A DNA stretch of 63,185 bases, filler included, from Sphacelaria rigidula (GCA_964200075.2; 9 parts of 9 records of this genome joined end to end with filler, not necessarily neighbours in it); one strand, 5' to 3'; counted from the whole stretch's first letter, positions 12,277 to 25,435 are shown. Notes: a model not told the origin generated them from the sequence alone. Made by a program: numbers and translations.

Positions 12277-13951
12277 CTACTGAGATGACGAGAACAACGC
12301 TGTAGATGCCGCCCCAGTCATATGCCTCCTTCGAACTGGAGAGGGCCGTGGTGACAAATACACGCTCAATATCGTACCGATCAGTAGTGATTGTGTCGAA
12401 ACGAGCCGTTCGCCTGTACAGGTGAAGGAGAAAACATGGTGCATCTTTACTATCCCCAATCGGTCCGACCAAGCTCTAGATGCCCCAGCCTCATGCCGTT
12501 CTCGGAAATTGAGGAAGCTTTGGTGACGGATACACGCTCAATATCGTACCGTTTTTGCCGATTGGCTCCGATCCGTTTCGAACGTGCTCACCCTCATGCT
12601 ACGTGACAAGAAAAGCAGAAGCTCCTTTCCTCTACTGAGATGACGAGAACAACGCTGTAGATGCAGCCCCAGTCATATGCCTCCTCCAGACTGGAGAGGG
12701 CCGTGGTGACAAATACACGCTCAATATCGTACTGATCAGTAGTGACTGTGCCGAAAAAATCTATTCGCCTGTCGAAACATTCCACACCCTGGACAGTACA
12801 TGGTGAATGGATGCATCAGATGAAATTTGTACTGGATAAAGTATAGACCTATTGCAACTATTGACGGCCGACATCAGTTTCAGTAAGTCTTCACCTCACC
12901 GAGTACACTTCTTGTTTATGCATCTGTTGACCATATATCATACGTTGTTCAGGGTGTGAAACGTTCTGAATAGAAGTGCTGTTTGCTTTTGCTCACTGTG
13001 TTGCGACTTGCCGCTGAGATGACGAGAACAATGCTGTAGATGCCGCCCCAGTCATGCGCTCTCTCAAAAAATGGAGGGGCCGTGGTGACACATACCCGTC
13101 CAATATCGTACCGATCGGGAGTGTATGTGCCGAAGAAAACCGTGTCTGCTAAAACATACCGAAAAATAGTGATGGCTTTCGCTCATTCTGTTTGGAGTTT
13201 CTCCCGAAATGAGTTTCTCCTGAAATGACGAGAACAACGCTGTAGATGCCGCCCCAGTCATATGCCTTTTACGGGGCCGTGGTGACAAATACACGCTCAA
13301 TATCGTACCGATCAGGAGTGACTCGTGTGAACAGAAACTGTTTGCCTGTTGATAAATCTCGAAAATAAGTATTGTTCGTCTTCTCTCCACGTCTATCCCT
13401 CGTTCTGAGGGGACAAAAAGAACGCTGTAGATTCTGCAGCAGCCATCTGCCTCCTCTAAATTGAAGGGGATCATGGTGATGAAAACACTCTTAATATCGC
13501 CACCAACCAGGAGTGACTGCGTCGAAGGATATCGCTTGCTTGTCGAATGTTTTTGAAGCGAGCTATCGTAGGTTTCCGCCTTTCCCGTGGACTAATTTCG
13601 AGAAAAGGTGTTCTGTGTCTTCGCTATCTCCATTCTGTCCTTCTCCTGAGATGACGAGAACAACGCTGTAGATGCCGCCCCAGTCATATGCCTCCTCCGG
13701 ACTGGAGAGGGCCGTGGTGACAAATACACGCTCAATATCGCACCGATCACGGAGTGTAGGTGTCGAGAAAAACCCGTTTGTCTGACCACGAAATATCAGA
13801 GGTGTTACGTGTTCCCTCTTCCCCGTTTTTGCCCCCACTCCTGAGATGACGAGAACAACGCTGTAGATGCCGCCCCAGTCATATGCCTCCTCCGGACTGG
13901 AGAGGGCCGTGGTGACAAATACACGCTCAATATCGTACCGATCACGGAGTG
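12277..13951 (+). ncRNA. Tandem cluster of about 8 box C/D snoRNA-like units (U31/snR67-like, LSU P-loop guide): 12277-12387, ~12477-12550 (partial), 12632-12742, 13014-13121, 13217-13318, ~13405-13513 (degenerate), 13643-13754, 13836-13951
   Basis: Unit layout: terminal stem, box C ATGACGA, guide TGCCGCCCCAGT, degenerate D' CATA, internal hairpin, C'-like GTGACAA/GTGATGA, second guide, box D CCGA/CTGA, terminal stem. Stems covary (CTACTGA/TCAGTAG versus CTCCTGA/TCAGGAG). The guide complements LSU rRNA GCUGGGGCGGCA. Confidence 0.62.
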
Positions 13952-15448
13952 TAGGTGTCGAGAANNNNNNNNNNNNNNNNNNNNNNNNNNNNNNNNNNNN
14001 NNNNNNNNTTAATTAATTAANNNNNNNNNNNNNNNNNNNNNNNNNNNNNNNNNNNNNNNNNNNNACTGATTATCTTGCATTTGGATGGCAGCCTACAATG
14101 AGTTGCTTTATTTTCTGGTATCGTCGCTTCCCGAGGGGGGGGGTATTTGAATGCACGAAAAAAGAGGATCAAAAGTCTGTCAGACGACCTGCCACACTGG
14201 AGGTGCGTTTGTATTTGGTTCATAACGGTGTCAATCGGAATGAATGAGCGTTAGTCACCTACAGCAAGCTCGTTCGAACGTTTCTGCTTTCAACGACGAT
14301 TTGACTTGGAATTTTTTGCAAGAAGTGGCCCAAAATAACCCCCCCCCCTAACGTTTGATGACTCAGTTATGGAAATTGAGCTAAAAAAATATATAAGGCC
14401 GAAGAGCAGTGTTCATTTCTCCTCAAGACTGCCCTGAATACCCGAAAAAAAATGAAAAAGCTATTTTTTTAAGCTTCATCATGCACGAGCGGTTTTCCAT
14501 ACGAAATTTCATGGGATGAATCCCAAAAACTGGGACGCGGTACTGTATCCAGATTTAGTTCATCTAGTGCCTCTGCTCGTAATATATTGATGTTCGTATA
14601 GAAAACCGTGTGCACCATATTTTGATATAGATAACGAATTAGGTGAAGGTGAGCGTACCTATCGTCTACCCGTATTTCAGGGAATGTCCACACCAAAAAT
14701 CGTCGCCATACGCTGAATGCATCGATCGGGGTGTCGTATAGAATTTCGTATGGACGCCATCTCCGTAAGGTATAGCAATTACATTGCATGGGGTTCAATC
14801 AACGAGAAAACATTGCTCAAAACTTTTGAGCTGCTGGGCACCTTCCCCTTGATTAGACGGTCTGTGTCGATGAGATATTGCTTTGAGAGCTCAAATCCGG
14901 TTCTAGGCTGGCCCAGCTCGTTGTGGAGTAGGATCCACAGCACAACCGAGCTGGGAGGTGACGCTGTCACCAGGCGCTCCCCTTCTTCATTGCACATGCC
15001 CACACCCACTGCCCCGCATGATACATGCCGTGTCACCTATAACACGTCACCGTGCAGGCGGGGCTAACTCACGTAGGGTAATCATGGAGGTCACGGCGAG
15101 GCATTTTGCCCTACCCGCGACGTCAGAACTCCATGACAATACAGTAGGTATCCTCATGCAGACCACACCGAAAACAAAAGTACCTCTAGCGGTCGGCGAA
15201 AGGGTTACATGTATTCAAAGGCGGCGAATGCCATATCGTCACTGCACTTTTCCATCTTCCTGAAAGATCGCACAATTTTCCGTAATATTGAACATATACA
15301 ATATATATCAAGAGGCAGCCGAGAGGTTCGACTTAGTAGGCCATATCCGGTCGGATCACGTATCAACTGCCACAGGCCATCTATCAATAATTTCCCTCAC
15401 CCTGTCAATACAGTGGATCCCTCGAAACCACCCCCGAACATTTCTCAC

Positions 15449-18400
15449 CGATGAATGCGGGTACTGCGGGGGAGGCCCACCTCGCGGCATACGCCCGCGA
15501 TCGTCGTATGGTGGCTCCTCATTGTAGCCGCCACGCGGGGGCGGGAATGGCTCATCCTTCACAACGAAAAGTATCAAAAGAGACCCCGATGTATGGATTC
15601 AAGACCAACGGAAGGAGGGAAATATCATTCATTTCATCAGACAAAATGGGGCAAATCACCAAATATATGCCAGACAAACTACGGCACGAAAGTGATTCGA
15701 CACGAGACAACTCTGTTATTCAACAGGATTCGGCGCCCGCGAGGATCCGGCCAAGCTGAGACTTGCATCGTATTCTCCCACATGTAGCACGACACGACGG
15801 TGCACCATCAACAAATCGAGGCACAGAGGAAGAAGAGCAAAGCTCTCGGATAGGCGCTCGCAAATACACCTCATCTTCGAGCGTCGAGTCAAACAGAAGG
15901 GGGAAAAGGCGTTTGCCCCACTACCCCATACTAACGCCACGAAATCTCGATAGCACCCAACCCGACTGCGGTTGACCCTGATACTCGTAGCCCAACGTGG
16001 TCATGGGCCCCCCTTTTAGTTCGGCAAATGTGGAAAATTCTATCAACTCTAGCCCGCACTTAACGATCACACTCACCAGTCTCTCGGGCGGCAGGGGGCG
16101 ACGCCTTGGCCCTTGCTCGTCGAAGTGGTCGTCGAAATAAGGATCCTCTGGATGGCCTCGTCCCTACGTGTTGAGGGATCAAGGAACAAGGAGGTCCGAC
16201 AGACGAGCACGGATATGTAGTGAATGAAGCAAGCAGGAAGCGGTATGCTGTGTCAACCATCCTGGGATGCGCCATCACCTAATCGAAGCACTCTATTCCG
16301 CCCGTGACGATGTATGTTGCCACAAACTTCATCGGGAAACGCATTGACAACGCTCCTGGTATGTTTCGGTTCTACTCCCTCCTCCAGGTGATCCTACACG
16401 TACCACCGCCCACAACCTCCCTCGACCAACAACAGATACATCAATTCGACATTTGTAAATCCCGACGCGTCGCTTCAACACCTGTGCTCCATATTACTCT
16501 CGTATCCCCCTCCAATAACTATGCTTTCAATTACCACAACAACTTAAGTCTCTCCTCTAGAGCTTAGGGACAACACTTGCACACATAGCAAAACACACAA
16601 CATACCTGCAGCCTCCTTGGCCTAACCGGAGGACCCATGAAATCCCTCTCCCCGGGTCGACCACCGACGTGACCAGGCGGCACGTGCCTCTCCAGGAGGT
16701 CCATCCCCAACACTACAGGACCACCATCCTCGGGGCTTCTCCTGCTCGGCATTCTCCCAGGCGGCAGCCTACCGGGGGGCGCCCCCGTCGCCCCCGGCGG
16801 CGGCCCCCCGTGCGCCGGATGCAATGCATCGGGTCTCGGTGGCGAGTCATCAAACGCAGACCACTCACGAAACCCGCTGCTGCCGTCACCAGCTCCCCTC
16901 GTGCTCCAACCGGCACCAGCGTCGTCAGCTCTCTCCGGACTCCACTCGTCGGGCCTGGTCGCCGGCGGAAAGTGTTCACCACCTCGACCGCCGCGGCCGC
17001 CACCTCGCCCACCCCACATGTCGCGGCTGCCACCGCGGCCGCGGCCGCCGGGACCTGGGCCCCTACCACCTCGGTCGAACCGTTCGCGCGGCTCTTCCCA
17101 CTCTGGATCGAACAGGTCGTCGTGCAATCTGCCGCTGGGGCGCTCCCATTCGCCGCGCGCAGGCGGTCTCCCACCCACCACCGGAGGTCCTCCGCCCCGA
17201 CGTGGCCCTTGCTCCTCCTCCCAGTAAGGGTCGTCGTAGTGGCGACCAGGCGGTTCGTCTCGCGGTCGCCTCTCTCCTCTGCCACCGCCGCCGCGCCCAC
17301 CGTCGTCATACCCCCCGCGAGCCATTCTCTCCCTCTCGCCACGACCCCGGCCGCCTCGACCGCCGCGTCCGCCGCGCCCCCCGCGTCCGCCATCGTCGAA
17401 ATAGTCGTCCCAAACGTCGTCAAATTCCGCACCAGATACACCGCGCCCACCCCGGGGATTGTGCCCTAGGGGCGCATGATCTCCCCCTCTGCCGGCGGGC
17501 CCGCTGCGTGAGTAGGCTGGCAGATCGTTCTTCCGGCCGCGCCCACCGCCACCGCCTCGAGCCCTCTCTAGCGGAGGTTCAAACTCGTGATCGTTCAGCT
17601 CGTGTCTATGCATCGGGCCCCTAGCGGCGATAACCCGGCCTCTTCCTCCTCCAACGCCGCGCTCGCTGCCGCCCTCCCCCCGAATCGCCTTGGAGAATGC
17701 GGGGTGTCCTTCGCGTAGAGGCGCTCCCATGAATCGCGACATGCCTTCCTCATCCCCATCCTCTCTCTGCCGTTTGGACGCGTAACGCAATTCGTCCCGT
17801 CCGGACCTGCCGAAACGCCCGCTGGCTTCGCCGCCACGCGATCGTTCCGGTTCTGCCTCGCGGCTTACTTTGTCGCCGCCTCGTCCATACCGAGACGATT
17901 CATCCCTCCCGGCCCCACGTGATGAAGGCGGGTCACTGCTACCGTAGTATTCATCGCCGCCCCTTGAACCTTCTTTCACCTTCTGCCTGTTTGCTTTATC
18001 GCTTCTGGAACCCCTGGGATTACCGTCCGGAGAACGGCTGGAATCGCGGCGTTGGTGACGCGTGTGTTGCTCACCGGATCCGTACCGCGATGATGATCTG
18101 TCCTCTCCACCGTCAACGACGCCCTATTCAAGAGTGCGAGTAATCGGGGCGTTTGGGGGGTGGGCAAGAGCGACGAGTGATATGCCGACAGAGCATGGTT
18201 CATCGCATAGGATGACGACAAACCTTGAACGGTGATAATCTTACAGAAACCCAGAAGGAAGGCGGGATCTTGTGCCGCATCGTGTGTCGTAACATAAAAC
18301 AACTACAACCACAAGAAAAATTCTACACGTTCGCGCATCTGGATCTGGGGTGAACCCTCCAGCCTCCCATTTCAACGATTCCAACACGGTACAGAATCCC

Positions 18401-20456
18401 AGCGTAGAGTGCAACGAACGTGAAAAAAACACGCAACACACACCCACTTGTATGTATAAGCAGTAGTGTTAGATATTGCATCGCAAGTTTTGATAGACCA
18501 AATGAAAATATCGTGATCGTTATCGTATCGGAAACAGTTCGATAAGACAAAAACAATAACGATACGACACGATCAATGTTTTCTTCTTCTCTTGAGTAAT
18601 GAATAATTATTCAACACAGAGCTGGTGAGATGCGGTCTCATTCTGCTTTTCGCTCTGACATTTTCTGCTCCTGATTCGACCAAGCATAAGCTTCAACGAG
18701 GCATTTCTGCTCGTTGCTCATTCTACCTTGAGTTGAATATTCTCACACCTCTGCTCGTTAATACGTGCCAAATACGCTCATTTTATTCTCCCCTTCGACG
18801 TTTCGTTTTCATGTGTGTTCTCTTACTTGAAATTAATTTGCGATATTCTGGGCACAATAATCGCTTCTTCAATTCAATACAGAGGTGCCCGGCGTGCCTT
18901 CATGCCCCCTCATTGACCTGTTCTGTAGACCTGCTCAGAATGCAAGTACATGTAATGGCATGTGCTCGTTTATCCTCATTATAACACGGGATTTTACGGC
19001 TTTCGCATGGATAATTTTTTTAATGAACCTTCCGGACGATCATGAGCGACGATCGATCTACTTTCGGGAGGAAATACAAATTCATTCTCCGGCCGTGATG
19101 TGTGGCCTCGCTCGCCTAAAAACCATAGCAATTTGTAAACTTTCGTGGCTGTTTTGAACAATTTCGACCTCCGTTCATTTTCGTACAAAGATGGGCTTTT
19201 AAACTTTAGAATTCCCTGTTAGCACAGGATATTACAAATTGTGGACGGATTTTAGACAGTACATGTAATTTTTTTCATTTGTTCATTTATTTTTTATGGG
19301 GGAGTGGGGGTGGGCGAGACCACAAATTACGGCTGGAGAGTGCGTTCGCAGTTTCCTCAATAGTATTTCGATTCTTATGAACATTTTCAAGACATCCTCG
19401 AATACAAAATCCATTCGCAATCCATGAAATCCGTGTTTTTATGCCCCGGACTCTGCTGGAAATGTTACTGTTTTCGGACGTACTTTTGGTTATGCTCGTT
19501 CTTCTTTGAGGCAGAATTACCCTTGTTCCTGTGGGCAGGATGGGCAAAGCCGTAGTAGCTGTTGGGTTCTGTCAACCCCGGACATTTTTACTTCTCCTGG
19601 ACTGGGAGGCCTTGATTACAGTGGGCCAATTTTGATGGGAAATGAAGCCGAACAGCTGAATTTTCCTTGCCTCCTGCGGCGCCTCCCGCGGGGACCCCTC
19701 GCCAGCCAGGGGAGGGGGGCGTTTGGGGCTCGCACAGTGAGCAGGCAAGCGTAGCCGAGTCCGCTCACTGTGCAAGCCCGTTCGTTGCGCTCGCACTTCG
19801 GCTTCGCCGAAATTCATCGCATATATCGACATCGAATGCTCAAAAATTCGATATCGTATCGAAGTGATGAGTGGTTCCAAACCCAACACTAGTAAGCAGA
19901 CACACACGCACAAGAAGATGTGAAAGATCACCGACCATGATAATATCGACCCCGGATAGCTTACATCTCGATCCCGATACCCATCACGCCCAGAGCGCCC
20001 TCCGCCGCCCTTCTCCCTCCCCCCATCGTTCCCCCCGCCGTCGTCCCCCATGACGCCGCGCCGGTCCCGCTTGCGCATTGCCGCCGCAAACTCCCGAAAC
20101 TCATCGCGCGTTCGGGAGGACTCCCCACTCCGCCCCCCCGCAGAACGGTCACCAGGTTTTTTGCGAACAGGGGAAGCAGCGGCGGCGGCGTATCCTCCTC
20201 TATCCTTGTCCATAGCCCGCTTTCCACGGCTAACTGGGGATGCCGCACGAGCCGCGTAGCCTTCCTTTTCGTCCAAGTTTACGTCGCCCCGGCCGGCCGC
20301 GCGGGATCCTCGAGCGGACGCCTTGCCGCTGCTTCCGCGGTCGCCTCGACCGGCGGGGCCTACTCGATCCATTGCCAGCTTGCGGCTGGTGCCTACCCTG
20401 TCCATAGCGAGCAGGCCGTAGCCTGAGAGCTCCGAGCGCTCCCGGGAGGAATCGCC
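15449..20456 (-). CDS. RGG/RG-rich low-complexity protein (probably RNA-binding), partial; exons ~20456-19965, ~17986-16606, 16163-16077, 15556-15449
   Basis: 471-aa open frame rich in RGG/RGGR, D/E and aromatic residues. Downstream small exons have clean CAG/TAG/AAG acceptors and GT donors and continue the same composition (GRGHPEDPYFDDHFDEQGPRR; DEPFPPPRGGYNEEPPYDDRGR). The phase between the first two exons implies an unresolved intermediate exon. Confidence 0.65.
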
Positions 20457-21135
20457 CTGTTTCATGTCGGTAGGAACGTGAGATAAATAACAAGAGACAA
20501 CAGCAAAAAGAGGTGAGTAAGTTGGTATGAAAAGGAAAAACAGAGCGAAGTGTGTGCACAAATGAGAATGTGAAGGTCGATGATCGGAGATGGAAGGAAA
20601 CAAACGCTCGCCAGTCGCCGTGAGTGGGTTGGTTAGTGCAACAAATAATACAATGACGACTCACTCACAGAATCCCAAGAGGAAATCGATCATTTGCTGC
20701 GGGGATTCATCGGACGATTAAGGTCTACCAAATACAACTGACAAAGGAGGATAGCATGACAGCCGAACAACTACGGCTCCCGTAGAGTCGAGGGAAGACA
20801 CCGAGCCCCCAAACGGTGATATTGGGTGCGTTGGGTAGTTTGCAGCGAATTTTGTGCGCCACCCAAGCGCGTAGAGCTTTTCCTCGAGTCTCATCTTATA
20901 CAATCCGCTGGAAACCACCCCCTGCCGAGTATCAACCACACCCCCCCCCCCCCAACCCCACCCCACAATCAACAAGAAAGAAACAACACAAAAACANNNN
21001 NNNNNNNNNNNNNNNNNNNNNNNNNNNNNNNNNNNNNNNNTTAATTAATTAANNNNNNNNNNNNNNNNNNNNNNNNNNNNNNNNNNNNNNNNNNNNTTTT
21101 GTGCTGCTGTGGTCGGTTCGGGGGTTGGGGTCGTG

Positions 21136-21730
21136 GCGTACTCATTTGTTGCTTGCCTTAGTCATTTGACCATTGACCACGCATCCCTTTCGAGACGGAG
21201 CGGGCGTCGGGGGAGGGATATACTCAAGGATGTACTCATGACTTTGCATGCCTTAGCCGCAAGATCATTGACCTCGCATCCCTACAAAAGCCGGGACGGA
21301 GCACGCCGGGTTTCGGCCGGACAAGGCTGGCAAACAGTCATTAAGCGCGAAGCGCCGTGATGTGTCAAGCGAGTTGCATGAAAGGTGAGCTGCATTCTAC
21401 TAGGATTGTTCGGCCCGAGGTGTACTGATTATCTTGCATATGGATGACAGCCTCGAATGAGTTACTTTATTTTCTAGTACCGCCACTTCCAGCGACACCC
21501 GCGGTCACACACTGCCTCATGGGTGTCTCACCATTTGAACACCACGTATTACGATCATCCTCTTTGCGGGGAGTTGAGGGTTCTCCGGCCCCGCACAAGA
21601 TGATCTAGCTCGACCATCATCATGGTTACCGCAAAAAAAAACGCCGAGCGAAAAGTAAAAACGGTAACCTCGTTGCCTGGCTTACGCAGTGAGTTGCGTG
21701 TTTTACAGCGTCATTGCAAACCGACGCCGA
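21136..21730 (+). repeat. Dispersed SINE/non-autonomous repeat family; related segments at 1-175, 14065-14130, 57925-58190, 58437-58490, 62905-62970
   Basis: Shared core CATCCCTACAAAGCCGGGACGGAGCACGCCGGGTTT and GCGTACTCATTTGTTGCTTGCCT...GACCATTGACCACGCATCCCT in several independent contigs. Confidence 0.75.
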
Positions 21731-21989
21731 CCTTGAAAGGGTGAGGGGGGCGGGGGAGGGGTGATAACGCCGAGCCGCAGCTTTTCCCGCGACACGTCAC
21801 GGTTCGAGGCGACATTGAGAGAAGTCAGATCTCCTCCTCACTTTTCAATTTCTCCCCCTGTTCTCGACAGGAAAACAGAGATGAAAAAAGTGATATGTTG
21901 AGACACGTCAGCGTCAGCATACACGCCCCTGTCACCCAGGGGCTATGTCGCTCACGTGATTGCGGGGGGTTACTTTCTCGTCTGAGCGT

Positions 21990-22240
21990 GGTCCAGGTCC
22001 TTCCTGCGGTTTCCTGTCCGTCGTACCGCGGCCCCAAGGAGAGTTGAAGGGCAGGCACAAGGACTGGATCCGCTGCCAAGCGGAACAGGTGAAGGCGTTC
22101 GGTATCGAATGGCAGGGATGGACTACCACAGGCTTAAGCGCAGTGGAGTGGCACAGCTGTGTTACACAGGGAGCAGAAAGGTTTATGGCGGACTGGTGCC
22201 AAAAGGACGGCGCAGAGGCAGCGATACGGAACGCGAAAGC
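21990..22240 (+). mobile_element. Non-LTR retrotransposon (RTE-like) ORF2 C-terminal remnant
   Basis: RPQGELKGRHKDWIRCQAEQVKAFGIEWQGWTTTGLSAVEWHSCVTQGAERFMADW resembles the RTE-clade C-terminus (R..G...K.W......L..FGI...W.......W...V..GA). Confidence 0.6.
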
Positions 22241-23056
22241 TGCAGGCCAAGATGCACCGACAGCACCTGGGACCGACAGTACCAACAGCAACTCATCATA
22301 GCCTACACCAGATACGTAGAGCATTGTGTTTGGTTTTTTTCTCTGATTTGTTCATCTCTCGTTCGCGGTGGTTTGTTGTCTGTCTGTGCATCTCCCACAC
22401 CCTCACCACCCCTCCCGGAAACGAGCCTGACTCTGTCTTGCTGTCTTTTGTATTCCTTTCTCTACGTTATATTATTTTATTTTTTCGTTTCGTTAATTTT
22501 TCCCCTTCTTCTGTTTTTTCTCATCACGAGCTGCAGTGTTGCAATGAGCTACATAATGCGAGATGATCTCTCATCAGAGAGTTTCGGAAAACGCTTCTTT
22601 GTCATTTCAGAGTGCAAATATCTCAGGATCAGATTGCAAAATAAAATAAAATAAACTCATGGAAAAACAATTAGGGGGATACCACATTTGACGGAGGGGG
22701 GAACAGTTTTTCGTTACTTTTGATCCAGAGATATCTGCACTTTGAAATGACAAAAAAGGGTATTCCGAAACTCTCTATTGTGTTGTTTATGTTTGTGTGC
22801 GTGTGCGTGTTTTTTTTGTTGCCATCGCCGTTGTTGTCGCTGCTTCCTTTCTTCTTTCCCTTCTGTGGGTGTTTCTTTCTGTTTCTTTCCTTCTTCCTTT
22901 CTCATTTTTTTTTTTTTTCTTCTCCTGACCACGGGCCGGATGGTTGCAATCATCTAATGTGAGATAATCATTCAATCAACAAACATCACGCCTATCGACC
23001 CGGGCCTGGCGCGGCCCCCTTCATGTCTCGACGACATTTTTACCCTCTTCTCGCAG

Positions 23057-23618
23057 GCAGGAGACGACAATATCGCGCTGTGGCGCCTCGAGCGCTTCCT
23101 TATGGAGCCCGGTCCTCGCGTGATCACTTCCATCCACTTTGAGGTTTTGTTCGGTTCGTTTGCCTTGCTTCTCACTTCCGGCGACGCCCCCAACCCTCTC
23201 AAGCTATTCGCCCTGACTCAAGGCGCTCATGGCGAAGGCGGTTTTGCCGCTGTGGTCGCGCTTCGGCAGAAACGGGCGCTGTGTCAGGCAGTGGTAGAAT
23301 ATATTGGCGCTGCCACCAGCATAGACATTGTGGATTGCGGGGGACTTTCTGGTTCTCCTGGCGGACGTTCCACCGCCGTTCCTCGCCGCTCCGAGCGCGG
23401 GGAGACGCGCCGTGCCACCAGGGAATTCTGCGGAGCACCAGAGCGTCGCTACCGGCGGATCGGTTTCTGGCCAAAAACTGGCGCTGGACGATCTTCACGC
23501 AGCGATCGAGTCCTTCGACGAGGGGCGGAGTTCGGCAGAGGACCTCGGCAGATCTCAAGACACCCTCAGCGAGCCGACGTCGAGGTGGCCTCTTACCATC
23601 GTCTCGAGCCTGGCCAAG
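23057..23618 (+). pseudogene. Isolated exon-like segment with an apparent frameshift near 23340
   Basis: Polypyrimidine-CGCAG acceptor at 23056 and AAG|GTGAGT donor at 23618. Protein-like reading switches frame at a G5 run. No family recognised. Confidence 0.35.
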
Positions 23619-25089
23619 GTGAGTCCCGCTTGTCCTTGACGCATCCATAGGGGTGTCCCACTAGCGTTTATTTCTTTTCTCCCCATCGTGCTGGCACCCT
23701 GTGTGGCACACCCTCTCTCTTGCTCTCGACCTGGTCGCTGAAGATTTTGTTCTTTGTTGATAGGGGCGACGATTCTCGGCTCCACCAGGTTGTTGGTTTT
23801 TCGAGGCAGAGGCGTCTCCTTGCATGGGAGTTGTTCCTGTATCGTGGGAAAATCGCTCATTACTTTCACGCTTTTCCTCACAGATGTAGCTCATGTGATG
23901 CCCCATGTTTCGCGCATGAACTTGACCGCTCTTTTCTACGTTCTCTGCATGGGGGTGTCTGCTCATTTGTTTTTGGGTGGGTTGCCGGGGCGACCTAAAG
24001 TTTTTGGTGGTATATCTATGCTTGAGCTATTCGAACAACCTATTATAACAGTAGCGCTAGCCCTAACCCTCACCTTGACCCAAGGCGTACGAGACCCTCG
24101 GGCAAGGGGGGTGCACAGGTTCCCCTGGGCAAAGTGTGAGTTGGCAGACCTCAAATCGACGTGACAGGCGCCGATTTCGACAAAAGCACGTTTTGGACGA
24201 GCTGGGTCCACTGCTCACCTTCCCCGATCCATAAATTTCCTGAGAGCTTTCTCAATTCTAAAATCAAGTATTCATGTTGTCAACCATAGATATACGCCAA
24301 AAGCTCAAGGTCTACTGGGGTTGCCCCGTCGTGCCGGTTTGTGTGTGTATAACATTCTTCATGTTTTTTGGTTTTTTGTATTCTCCCCTGATTGATGCCC
24401 TCGCCTGCTGTGTCAGGTACCGGTCTGGCTGGCTATCGGCTACTGTCAAATGTGTTGGGTTTCGTACCACCTCATCCCTGTGTTATACGCTACTACGTCT
24501 CTCGCCGGGCTCCTTTTCCTTTCCTCTCCGCTCATGTCTCCGGTCTCGAGCGGCCTACTTGTACAACACATTTGGAACACAAACCCACACCTGTCCTATA
24601 TCCCTTTGTAATCAACTACTGTACGTTATTTTCGTAAGTGAGAATTCTATACTTGGCCGTGAAACCACCGAGATTTTATATGCCCGTTCGTTGCGTGGTC
24701 CCTCCGGCAGGGGTATGCATGTGCGTAGGTTCTCCCGGGATCATTTTATTTATCGTTCGGGGCGTGGTCCTGTCGGCAGACGTTCAGCAGGGGTACGCCT
24801 GCGCGCAGTTTCCCATGGAACCATTCTATCAATCTGTTCGGTGCGTGGCCCTGTTGGCACAGGTTCGTCTGTAAGCCGCTTCCCGCAGCTTGAGCCCTGT
24901 CCTAAATAGAGCCGCGATTCTTTATCGGACGATTCCTACAGTAGTTTCTTTGCCGAATACGGGCGTTTCGGCGACTGCTTTCCTCTGTTTGTGTTCCGTC
25001 ACGTTCCTGCCTCGCGCGAGTATTTACAGACTAGTGTACGTTCCGCCGGGCTTGCACAAGTCTATGCTCAGTATATTTCCCATTCGTTC

Positions 25090-25435
25090 CGATTCGCTCA
25101 TGACCGCGGTTGTTCTCCGTCAAGTTCCGGGCTTGTTCACATAGTTTCTGGCTTGCGCACGTTCAGACTAGCGCACGGCATTGGCTGCTCCCCGCCATGT
25201 TTAGGCCATGTTCAAATATATCTCGCTCGCGCACGTTCACACTAGCACATGGCATTGGCTGCTCTCCGCATCGTTAATACCATGTTTTCGGATATTTTCT
25301 GGCTCGTGCACCGCTCAAATGAGAGCACGGCCTTGGTTGCTGCACCACGCTCACGTCTAGTTCAACTATTTTCTTGCTCGAGCCCGTTCGGCTTCGCACA
25401 CGACATTGGCGGCTCTCCGCCACGTTCAGGCCCTT
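25090..25435 (+). repeat. Degenerate ~75-bp tandem repeat (about 5 copies)
   Basis: Recurrent core (C)TAGCRCAYGRCATTGGCTGCTCTCCGC. Confidence 0.55.

Noticed and set aside
12188-13838. Array units as shuffled coding exons (DIERVFVTTALSS.EEAYDWGGIYSVVLVIS on -, DDENNAVDAAPVICLL on +)
   Set aside because: No consistent acceptor/donor pair and no known repeat fold, and stem covariation favours RNA structure. Not fully excluded, because one internal deletion is 9 nt.
12277-13951. CRISPR array or prokaryotic TIGR array
   Set aside because: Units are ~110 nt, spacers are irregular and partly duplicated, there is no cas/tas gene, and the context is eukaryotic and spliced.
16669-17624. Long + strand ORFs here, and similar ones at 9835-10524, 31925-32859 and 36147-36674
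   Set aside because: Antisense or alternative-frame shadows of GC-rich coding sequence.
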